From Lama glama (taxonomy: Eukaryota), in the NCBI GenBank assembly GCA_028534125.1, contig CM052816.1:32738001-32802000 (forward strand): a stretch of DNA of 64,000 nt. The letters run 5' to 3'. The position numbers and the translations under genes are program-made. The notes beneath the pieces are model-generated. The model searched no databases and was not told the DNA's origin. It saw nothing but the letters and a program-made list of their open reading frames with translations. This document shows, in pieces, positions 12,501-25,000 of the stretch. Each line of letters begins with the position of its first letter. The stretch's first letter is position 1.

Positions 12501-15500
12501 TCTTACACATCTTTTTTTAGATTTATTCCTAGATATCTTACAGTTTTTATTGCTATTGTGAATGGGATTTTCTTTCCTTACATTACTAAATTTCATTTAA
12601 GTTATAAGTGTCCATCAGTCTTTCTGAACTGTTTCATTAAATTGTCTCAGTAGTTTACAATTTTCTTGGATTTTCCATTTAAACTGTTATATTGTTTACA
12701 AATAATAATTTTATCTTTTCCAGTTTTTTCTCTATGTTTTGAATAGGAACTCTAATACATTTTGAATAAAAAATATTGATTGGTCTTCTTGTCTTGACTT
12801 TAAAGGGAATCCTTAAGAAATTTCTCTATTAAGTATGTTGTTTAGTCAGGGTTTTTGGTAGATACCATTTATGAAGTTAAGGAATTTACCTTCTATTTTT
12901 AATTTGTTGAGTTATCCTGAATCTATATTGAATTATATTACTGTGTACTTTTTTAAATCAGTTTTTCAGAAGTCATACCACCTCCATACCCCTAAACAAT
13001 TAAGCATTTTTTATTAAACATAATTTCATAAATATTCAAGATTGTCATATAGACAGTGGAAATATATACCACTGGCTTCTTCTATTTTCGTATTGAGAAA
13101 CAGAATCATGAAAGTTGTCATGTCAGAAATCATCAAGGCGTAGACTTGAGTTCAGGATTTAGTGACATAATAGTGATACAGAAATGTAGTGCCACGGAGA
13201 TGAATATTAGATATTATTTCCTATTTTCATCCTCTAAATATTAACATTTTTGTTTAGGACTTTTTTGGTAAAAAGAAGCTAGTTGTATAGAGAGGAAAAC
13301 AGTAAAATATTACAAAACCACTAACTGTTTCTGTAACACCAGGAAATATTTACTATCTGATGTAGAATTGATCACTCATCTTTGCAGTATCTTTAGAAAG
13401 CTGCAAAAAGTACAGGCATTTCTTCCTTAGCATGTTTTCATGATGTAAATTGGACATGGTAAAATCTCATAGTTAAAGAATATTATTTACCTTAAGTTCG
13501 CTATTTTCAGAATCATGATAGAGAATCAGCATAGTTGGTAGGTATTACAAAGGAAGGAAAGAAGAGAGGGAGGCAGGTTGGGAGGAAGGATTCTTTTTTG
13601 GTGAGCACAACTTTTTGAACTTTTCTGTGTTTGTTTATCATAACATTGGATAATAGCAACAATAATCATTTTTTCTATGGCAGTACAATCATGAGGACAT
13701 TGTATTTAAGCAAAAGTAGTTATGGTCAAAGGGTAAGTTTTGTATATAAGTTTTATAACTGTATATACTTAGAGCTATCTGTTCCAATACTTTCATTATT
13801 TATCTCTCGGGGTATACATAGTCAGAAATCTTTTATTGGTGGGTGCATAATCATTAAAGGTTTGGAAACGACTCCATCCAGCTTCTAACACTTATTTCCC
13901 CATTGAAACAATTACTCTTATAATACAATTTTCAATACCAATGTTAAGATTTCAACTATAGAATTTTTGCAGAAGATGATAGAAAATTGGCAGTATTTGT
14001 TTAAAGCTTGTTAGATACTTGAAAACACTTTTCCCACCTTTTTTCATTTCCTTATTGTTTGATCTGTAGTTTTTACTTTGTCTTCACTTGATGGTCTCAG
14101 GATATGAGGAAAGTGAAAGATGTTACCCTCATTGTGATCTTAGTGTTGGAATAAAAGCAGTGTCCAGCTGCAGTAGGTATTTGGGAAAGCTAAATCTGAA
14201 AGGTACTAATGACTTGTAATAGAAATAACTTTGAGGAAGATTATTCCTACTATTTAAACCCTGAAGTTTATTAAAACAAATCAGACACTCTTTCCCTTTT
14301 CAGGTATACCACGATTTATCAAATCCATTGTAGTGTACTGACATGGATTAATATAAAATATTAAATTCAGATGTAATTCTCTGTTGAAATAGTTTTTGAG
14401 AATAGCTTTTAAATACCAATTTCACACTACATGCATCATACAATTTGATATATGACTTGTATTTGTACAATTTTCCTAAACATCTAGAAAACTGTTGTAA
14501 AAAGTTAGATGTATTAAAAAATTGAATTGACCCCAATAGGTCAACAGTGTGTGGTTACATATACATATCTAATTCTTATATTAGAGTGATTTGTAATACC
14601 CCTAAGCTGTTAAATGGGAACCATAGCATTGTTATTTAAACTAATGTTTTTAATAAAAATAGATTTAATTTGGTTGCTTATTTTATTTTAGCGAAGAATA
14701 ACCAGAATTCAACAAATAGAGAAGGACATACTTCGTATACGACAGCTTTTACAGTCCCAAGCAACAGAAGCAGAGGTTAGTAAATTGTCTTTTATTTGCA
14801 GATGTGAGTATAGGTAGTTGTTCTAAGAAAAGAAAATACATGTAATTAATGTGGCATCATCATCAAATTAGATGTTCTTCTAGAGAATTGAGACACTTCA
14901 TAAGTTTTGGTATTTAAAATTTATAGAGCCATAAATATAGATATCTTATTACTTCATTTATCAGTTTATGTCAGATAACTAATTTAATTTGGCTATTATC
15001 CACAAGTAAATAAGCTTTCTCCTTACGTGTAATCCGTAGTAAAAATTGGTCATATACATTTTCTATGCTTACTCCACAGACCCCATTAAAATGACAGTAA
15101 AAGGATAAAATGGAAAAGCACAAATACCGGGGAGATGACATCAAAATTTGGGCTAGAAAACAGATAAACAAGTGCACTCTTGTAGCATATAGTGGAGAGT
15201 TGACCCCTAAGTCAGCAGTAGGAAGTCCCAAAGCAACCTGTTATATACTGTGGAGTCCTGAGAGTTTCCAGAATTGGTTACACTAAGTACCTCTGGATGT
15301 GAGGATTAAAAAGGGGGTTAAAGGAAAGAGGATGGGGTTGGGGAGAAAAAGAGGATGATTGAAAATTTGTTAAGAAGCTGGTGGAACCTCCAGGGCCACT
15401 CTTCTACTCTGCATAGCTGAGTGACTGGTCAGTCTCAGCAAAAGATGAGAGATTTATTCTGGAAAAAGTAAAATAAAGGATCTTTTTGATTAGGGGTAAT

Positions 15501-18500
15501 CCTAGTATAATTGAAGTTGAGGGGGGTCCCATACTAAGTAAATAAGTGAAAATTTACTTACTGAATGCTGAAACCCTCACTGGCATACAGGTTTCTAATA
15601 CAGGCAAGTTTCTGGTAGCAACTTCTCTAAGAAATACAACTAACTCTGGAAGAAAGACCTAGAGGTATTGACATTGGAGGATTCCCCAATAAAACGACAC
15701 AGCTAGACTACCCTACTGGATGGCTATAGTTGACAAACTCCATTCCTCAGGCATAGAGTTTCATAGGTAGCCCATTCCTCAGTATGGCTGGATAGCTCAC
15801 AACTACTGACATTTTAAGAAAGTTTCTAATAAGAAAAATTTAGTGGAAATAGGGACTATGCAAGAAGAAAACTTAAAAAATAAAACTAATGTTAATAGTC
15901 TAAAAATGAAAGATAATGCATCCATAAAGCAAGAAAATGGTGGTATACAAAAGGAACATTCAGAAGTTTTTACAAAGAAATGGAAGTTAAAAGTGTAATA
16001 GCAGAAATGAAAAATTCAATAGAAAGTTTAGAAGATAAATTTCTCAGAAAGTAGAACAAAAGGGTAATGCAGTGATAAATAAAAAAGATAAGAAAATGAG
16101 AGACTCATTCTAGTAGGGTTCAATATCCAAATAAAAACCGGTTCCAGAAAGAGAATGGAGAAACTAGGGGAAGGAAATCATAAAAATAAATTAAAATTCC
16201 CCAGAATTTAAGGGCATAGTTTTCCAAATAAAATGATCTCTCCAGTACTCAACACCACAGATGAATGAAATGGCATCAGGATGAAGTAAATGTAAAGGAA
16301 AATGTGATATGAAGGACAACAAGGACTGCGGGAGGGGGGAGCTGAATAAAAATCATAAATAACATGAAAAGGCAGGTAACCATTGTTAATACCTCCTTGT
16401 TTTTCTTGTTTAGACATTTGTTTTGTGATTTTTAGTATATTCTATGTACAGATTTTAATAATGAGAGAAAACTTTTGTATGTAAAACAAATCTGTCATGT
16501 CCTGTCATCTCCAGCACGTATTTTCCATCCATGTATCTGTTCTCAGAGTATTCGGTCAAATAATGAACAGTTCTGTTTTAAATCAAAAACTTACTGCAGG
16601 CCCATTTATACACAGGGAAGACAACCCTGTCTAATGTTTAAAAGTGTAACTTTTGACAGTGTAGAGTCCTTTTAAAGAACGTTTTTATCCAGGCTTGACT
16701 TTTTTAATATCTTAGGAATTTTGACTTTAGTATGTATGAATTTGAAGTAAGTAGAAACGTGTATTTGCTAAGTAGGCAGTTTAAGTACAGTGTCACAGTC
16801 GTATTTCTAAAAGTAGTTTAACCTGGCTGCCTTAAGCCAGTATAAACCACATATTTGTAATATAAGGAATAAGTGTCCTTTTTGCAATGTTGACTTACAA
16901 GGACCATTTAAAAGAAATAATATCTCTTTGCTCCTTTTTCGATGTCATTGTTGTATGTAGCATTCTGATTATTGTGACCCCTTTGGCTTTCCTGTGTAGT
17001 TTATCTGTGTCTCTTTTTTCCTTGATCAAACTTACTATGCTGTAAAAAATTGTTTTAAAAAGCAGCTTTTGTTTTTATTGTGCAACACTACATTCATACT
17101 TTCTTTTTTAATATTTTCTGCTTTGAGTTTTTGCTGCTGTGTTTCTAGCTTTAGCTGTATAGTTTTATTCTCCTAGCTTTTTAATATTCTGATTATAACT
17201 GTTTGGCTACCTCTGGCAGTTTTTTTTCCCATTTCTACATCAATATTTACATTTATTTTTTCTAGTTGATTGAATCTTTTCTTTGTATGAAATGGACTCT
17301 TACTCCATTTAATACTCTTCACCTTGAATTTAGGTGTTAAGTTTATTGCAGGTTAGATGCTTCTTTGTGTTTTTTGTATTTGTTCAAAATTGTATTTGTA
17401 TCATTGGATTTGGAGTTGACTGTCTATCACTATGACCTAATCTTTTCTTGTTTCTTTTTGTTATAAACATGGTTATATAATTCATAGCCTAAAATGGTTA
17501 TTACATTTATTCAGTGAATGTAAACTGAAGGAAGGTGCCATGTCACATTTAAGAAAGAAACAAATTTTTTTTTTAATTTGGCTGCTTGAAGTTTCTTTAT
17601 TCCGTTATTGTCATTCTTATAGATCTGAGGGAGAAGCTAGGAAATAGAGAAAACTACGGGTCGGACACTCATGTGTTAGTTCACATGCAGTGTAGATGAG
17701 AAAAGATGTCTGCTGAATAATTTCTCTACCATTAATCATCTTATAGCACTGTCTTTGCCCTACCTTGTAACAACTCTGAATTAGGGTCTAGATGCTGGAC
17801 ATAATTCAAATGATGTAATTATTGCACATGTTTCAAATCTCAAAAGTTCCAAAAGGTATGTGAGGCAACCAGTGCCTCTACTTTCTCATGTATCCTTTCA
17901 GACAGATTATTTATTGACAAGCAAATACATTTGGGGCACTCAAAGGTATGGGAGCTGTGAGGAAAATTATAGCATGGTTTAAAAATCTCTAGAAAATAGC
18001 CAGTGAGAAATACTTATTAAAGTCCCATGCAAACTATTCTCACAGCTTTTTAATAAGGACACAAGCCCACTTAAAAATGGGCAAAAGATTTGAATATACA
18101 TTTCAGAAAATACAGAAATGGCTAGTAAGCACATGAAAATATGCTCAGCATCATTAACCATTAGTGAAATACAAATTAAAACCACAATGAGATACCACTT
18201 CATTAGGTATGGCTAGAATCGTGAAGGAAATAATAAGCACTGGCAAGAATTTGGATAAATAGAAACCATCATACATTGCCAATAGGAATGTAAGATGGTT
18301 TAGCCACTTGGAAAAGTTGGCAGTTACCTAAGTTTTAAGCGTAGGTTACCATACAACCCAGCAATTCCACTTCCAGGTATCTAAGAGAAACAAAAACATG
18401 TCCACACAAAGACTTTATCTTGAGTATTCATGGCAGTATTATTCGTAATAGCCCCAAAATAGAAACAGTGTAAATGTGTATCAACTGGTGAATTAATAAA

Positions 18501-21500
18501 CAAAATGTGGCATATCCTTAGAATGGCATACTGTTTGGCAATAAAAAGGAACAAATTGATGGCACTTACTGTAGCATGGATGAACCTCAAAAACATACTA
18601 AGTAAAGGTAGCCAGACACACAAGTCCACATTTTCCGTTTATAATAAATGTCCAGAAAAGACAAATTCATAAAGACAGAAAGTAGGTTCATGGTTACCTG
18701 GGGCTGTGGATGGGAATGGAGATTAACTATAAATGAGCACAAGGGATCTTACTAAAATGATGAAAATATTCTAAAACTGGATTATGGTGATGCTTGGTAA
18801 GTTTATTAAAAATCGTTGAATTATACACTTTTGTGATAAAAGCGAATTTTGTGATATGTAAATACCTCAACAAAATTGTTTTGTCGGTTTTTTTAATGTT
18901 TTCAGTCCTAGGATAGAAAACTTTGGTAAAGTTGTCTAGCAACTATGCAGTGATGAATCTAGTTAGGATTTTTTTCTGTAGGAATCAGAACAGTCTCTTT
19001 GTTATTGGTGTTAGCAGTAGTTATAGATAGTGATCAAAAACCACAGACAGGCCTGTAGCCTAGGATCAATGAAGGAATAAAGGGAAGTAAATAAGTAAAG
19101 GAGAAAGAGTTTTTTAAAAAATGGATATAAGTGTTAAATACTAGTTTAGGCTCTGGAGTCAGACTACCTGGGTTGTGATACCACCTCTAGCTCTGCCATC
19201 TACTAGGTATGTGACCTAAAGCCATACATTTATCTTCTCTGTGTCTCAGTTTCTTCATCTGTAAAATGGAGACAATAATGGTACCTACTGGGGGGAGGGA
19301 TATAGCTCAGTGGTAGAGGCCATGCTTAGCATGCACAGGTCCTGGGTTCAATCCCCAGGACCTCCATTAAAATAAGTAAATGAATGAATGAATGTAACTA
19401 CCCTTCCCCCAAAAAAACCAGGAATTTTTTTTTAATGGTACCTACTTCATAGAGTTGATGTAAGGATTAAATAAATCAATAGATACCAAGTGATCAGTGC
19501 ATAGCAAACATTAGGGTTTTTTTTAAACTTCATCATATTCATCATCATCACATCGTCAGTTGGTCCTGGCAGTCCTGCAGGCCTACTGTGTTTCTTTGGA
19601 TCTCACATTCTCTCTCTCCTAGAAATGACTGTTTCAACCTTCTGTTATTCCTCCTCCTAATAATGATACCTCCTCCTTTACAGAGAAAACAGTAGCTATC
19701 ATTGGGACTCTCCTTCCTACCAGGAACCATTCTGCATTCCTTCTTGTGCTTTGGATTTTCCTCTCCTGCCTTCTCAGGGACTTTGTACTCTTACCTCTTT
19801 TCTCTCACTTATTTATCTTCTTCCTGTTTTGTGACATCTTTCCATTGGCATTTAAACATGCTTACGTCTTACCCTTAAAAGTATGAAATGAACCTTCCTC
19901 ATTTCCATCTCTTCCTGCAGCTGTCTTAATCTGTCCCCTTCCTTTCTTCATTGTCTTTTCCTAATCTTCACTCCAGTGGTGTTTCTAGATGCCAAGTCTG
20001 TATTTCCTCCCCACCATTTATTCTTAACCCTTGCCAGTCTAGTCTCTGTTCTCCTAGTTTCACTGAAATGGATCATCGATGACTTGCATATTAATTAAAT
20101 TGACATTTTCAGTCTTCATCTTGGTATTTTCCACAGTGTTGAACATTTAACTGTTGCTTGAAATATTCCTCTCTTGACATCTATGACAGCACTTCTCTGG
20201 TTTGTCAGCACTCCTCAGACATATTTCTCTTTTTTGTCTTTCTCTCCCTCCCTGAGGTCACCTTATTTATGCTTAGGGCTTCACTTACCATCTATATACT
20301 ATTGGATCTCAAATTCATTTTCTGGCCCTGGATTCCAGACTCCTAAATTTATGTACCCACTCTGCATCTCTGCTTAAGATGTCTCAAAGGCATTTTAAAT
20401 CCAACATATCCAAAGCATAATTAATGATCTCCTCATAAGTCCTCCTTATAACCCCACCTCCTCCAAAAAACCCTCATTCTATTTTACTATTACCTGTCTC
20501 TGTGACGACAGCATCATTATTCAATTGTGTGAGCAAAGGAGTAATTCTTGACGCAAGATCCCTACGTCCACTCACCACATCCAGCCTGTCAGACAGTCCT
20601 TCAGATTTACCTGTCTCCACTTCTTTTATCTCCATCACTGCTTCCCCTGGTTGTAAAGTACCATCATCTCACACTTTTAACATGTAGTCTCCAAACTGGT
20701 CTTTTCTGTTTCCTACCTACTTAAACCACTTAAAGTTTGACTTTAAAACATCCAAATATACATATATCAAAATTCATCAAATTGTACATCTGAAATATGT
20801 GTAGTTTACAGGAATCATACCAAAATAAAGGTGTTAAAAATAAATAAATAAAAATGCATGCAACTTTTTCCCCTTAATATACTAGTATTACTTATGTGGA
20901 GGCAAGAGTGCCTTCTGAGAATGACACTATAATTCAACATAATCAGTAAGATTTTTTTTTCAACCATTTTTTGTTCTACTATTCACACTATGATTCTTTG
21001 ATGTCCTAGAACAAACCACGCTTCCTCCCACCCCCAGTTGTGTATGTCCATCTGTTTACATAAAATCTTCATCCTCTACCCCTATACCACTTTCTAGAAC
21101 TCCTGTTTGTATTTTATATCTCACTTGAAACAGCACTTCCTAAGGGAGCTCTTCCCCAAACTCCTACACTGTATGACGTCCCTGTTACACGTATCCTAAT
21201 AGGACCCTGTACGTTTTTTTCAGAGTATTTGTTAAAGTTTAAGCTTTATTATCTCTCTCATTATTTGATAGTTTCCCTCACTAGGCTGAATCTTGAAGAG
21301 TGTATTGAGCAAGTGTGGTTGTGCCAACATTTGATTCCCCGGCACCTAGTGCAAGTGACTACCGTTGCAGATGCTCAGTAATTACTTTTATATTGACATC
21401 TTCAGTTATGTTAGTGTCAGATCTTTGTAGTTTCAGTGGTCTTTGACTCATTTTGTCTCTAGATTGACTTTGTCTTCTCTGCTTTTGTTGATTTTGTTGA

Positions 21501-22027
21501 CTTTTACAGAGGGATTTTTCCGATGGTCATTTTTCCTTCTATTTCTGGATTTTTGGAACTACCTCTCTTTTGCCTGTATAGAACTTATACTCATTTATTG
21601 ATGGAAATATTGCATGTAAATTAATTTTAAGTCACATTTTAAGTGGTCTAGAAAGCCTGAGGTTTACAGAAATTCTGTAGAAGCCATTCTGTAATATAGT
21701 TTTCCACTATGATGTCAAATTTTTTAAAGTGTAGTTTTTATTTTTGAGTGTCATTTTCCTAGAGCAAGCACATTTGTAATTGTTTCTATAAAAGATAATG
21801 GAAAATTATTTCATTTCTTTGATTCTGCACTGATTTTTTCAGAGTGACTGCTTTGTGCTGGGTATAATCTATCTTGAAATAACGGCTTTTACTGGATCTA
21901 ATCTGTCACTTTCATTTTACATAGCAGATGGTGGTTACATTAGAAGAGGGTTTTGGTCTTATTCGTATCAGAATCTAAGAGCTTATCTGTTGGTTTCAGA
22001 TGGTGTTCTTAGCAGGAGATATGTATA

Positions 22028-22084
<57 letters not shown>

Positions 22085-25000
22085 TATGTATAAATACACT
22101 TACACAGAAGGTGTTTGTAAGCTTAGGTAGTAGTTTAACTGTCATATTTGCAGCTCCATTAAATACCAGAACCATGTGACCTTGCAGAAAAGACAGTTAT
22201 TTGTTCTAGTTGGGTTGTATCCCTGATAGTGATGTGAGCACAGCTGGTGGAAGATGGTGTTTCTGTGAGTCTCAGAAAATCCTTTGTCTTGTGCAGCTCT
22301 AATGCTCAAGGGACACACTTCACTTTCCTTTTACCGAAATAGTCGACTGCCAACCCTGCTGGAGGTTATGAAGTATAAAGTGCAGTTCTGTCCTTTTGTA
22401 AACCTGTATAGTTGATGTATTCAGAGCTTTAAAACAAGAAAGAAGAAAAGCTGAGGGCTAAGAAAGCATACACCATTTTTGTATATAATGATGTTAACTC
22501 CATATTAACAGAGGTCATCTCAGAGCAAGCATGAAGCTGGCTCACATGAAGCTGAGCGACAGAATGAAGGTCAAGGAGTGGCAGAAATCAACATGGCAAC
22601 TTCGGGTAGCGGGCAGGTAAATAAATTATTTCATCGGGGTTTTTCCTGATTAAATATTTGCGTATTTAAAAAGGAATGTTCAATAAGACGATTTTCAGAA
22701 TGATCTGCAAATCTTGTCTGTTTCCTTAGTCCCAAAAGGATATCTAGAAGGATTCTGTACCAATGTGCTATGTCATTTTTCTTTATTATACACAACAATA
22801 ATGCTTTCAAAATTTCTAAGTATATTTTATAGCTGTAAATTGTGTGTCTCTGTTTTAGTCTAAAATGATTAATGTGAGTAGAGTTTTTTTGAAAAATAAA
22901 TACTAAGCTGCATTTTGGTTATATGTGATTTGACCTAGTTATTATTGCTTACATTGAATAGGTTTGCTCTTTCTCTGGCATTTTCGTACAGACATTTTTA
23001 TGTTTTTAAAAGTGATCATAAGGACTTAGTTATAGTTTTATTTTCTGTTATACTTCAAGATTATATAAATCTAGAAATGCAAATCCTGTCTTTGGAAAAG
23101 ATGATTCTGATACTCATAAAAAGTAGAAACATAGCCTAGTCATACTTATTATTATCACTTTTAGCAAAATGATGGAAGTCAATTTGACTTTTTTTAAATG
23201 TAGAACTGATTATCTTGTTATGCTGCCATCAATTTTCTGTTAGGCTTTTCTTGACATGCATCCTAATATGACAGTATTTTTCATTGGAGTGTTCTGTATT
23301 CTCCACATTTTTTCTATGGCTATTTTTACATTGTAAATGAATGATTTTTTAAAATAGAATTTCACTAAGTTGATTTTAAGGAAATTTTCTAACTGTTGAT
23401 ATAAAATATTCCTTTAGTGCCTGCTACTTTTGATCATACTGTTTATTTAAAAAGAACATGCTTTTGTTAGTACATCAGAATTTAAAACTTAAAATGTCTC
23501 ATACTTATGCATGACTGGGACATTGTGCTGTACACCAGAAATTGACACATTGTAACTGCCTGCACTTCAATTAAAAAAAAAAAGAAAAAGAAAAGAAAAT
23601 GTCTCATACTTAAGTATTTAAATTCAGTTTCCTGAGTTAAAACAAGAGAATACTTTATTTTACTGTTACTAGTTAGCATTGTACTGGAGAAAACTGTATA
23701 GATGGTAAATTAGGGCAGAAGAAATTATATTTAAATAGCACATTTGGGTTATTTCTTTGTTGTTTAGGGATTTGGAAAGATTGTGTGCTCCTACACATAT
23801 GTAGAAAGGAGAAAAGTTCCATATTCTTAACAGAAAAAAATTTATTTACTTACAGTTAGACCCACTATTAGTGCTTTGGGTCGTATTCCAATTATTATGT
23901 ACTTTAAAGCCTCATGTATCCAGTAATATTGGATATTGATTTTTTAAAAGTTTAATCCCTAGCACATTTCTTACATCAGAATTAATTCTAAGTAGATTAG
24001 ATTTAATGTTGAAAATGAAAACTATTAAAGATACTAAAAGATTAGAAGAAAATGTGGGTAGAATTTTTACAATCCTGAAGTGGGTAGGAAACCATAAAAT
24101 AAAAGATCAGTAGGTTTCATATAACAATGTAAAACTGCAGTAAGCCGTAAAAAATCATAGCAAAATTATAAGACAAAAGCAAGATCACATTAATGAAGCT
24201 ACAGGTACTCCTAGATCATAATGTAGATGAGTGATATATATCTGTATGACTGTAATTCAGTTATACCAAAATTCCTTTAACCTGTCCTAGCAGGATCTAT
24301 ACACATGACAGCCTCTTGGAGTTTGTTCATTTGTTTTATTTTATTATTTGCTCCAGAGACAAAAACCATTGAGACTAATTAAAAATGAAAATAATCTCTT
24401 TGACTGTCTCAGGACCACAGTAGCATGATCCACCAAAGCTCGTATCCTGATGTCCTTGTCTCTACCACTGTGTGGAAGTTCATTGTACATAGCCTGGTTT
24501 CCTGCCCACGTCCACTCTGCCAGAATGATCTTAACAAGAGTAAATCACCCTCTTTGTTAAATCCTTTGTTGACTTTCCCTGGTTTTAGAAAAAGGTAACC
24601 TTTTATTATGACCTGTACAATCGGGTTCCTACCTAACTTGTCAGCTTTATGTCACACTTTGCTCTCACCACTTGAGCCACACTGACCTTTCAGGATCTCA
24701 CCTTCACTGCGCTGCTTCTTTCTGTAGCCTGAGCACACTCTGTGCCTGTTGCATATAGTGCTCTTCTCATCCAGTGCACTCAGTTCATGTGTGTCTGAGC
24801 TTAAGTGTGACTTTCTCAAGAGGCTTGAGCTGTTCACATCCCACTATTACAGGCTGTCCTAGCATGTTCTTCTCCTCTGAAGACTACCACATTTGCCGCT
24901 TCACATTTATTTGTGTGATTATTTCTGTTTTCCCCACTGGACTGTAAGCTCCACAAGGGCAGAGATTCTTTCCACTTTTACCCAATGTCATATCCCCACA

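Larger units (their letters stand above)
10700..12930 (-). mobile_element. Old antisense L1M, interrupted by MER58 and MIR
   Basis: T-rich degenerate L1 motifs: gacagacatttaggttattt, ttttgattagaattacgttgaattt, gctattgtgaatgggat. Confidence 0.65.
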
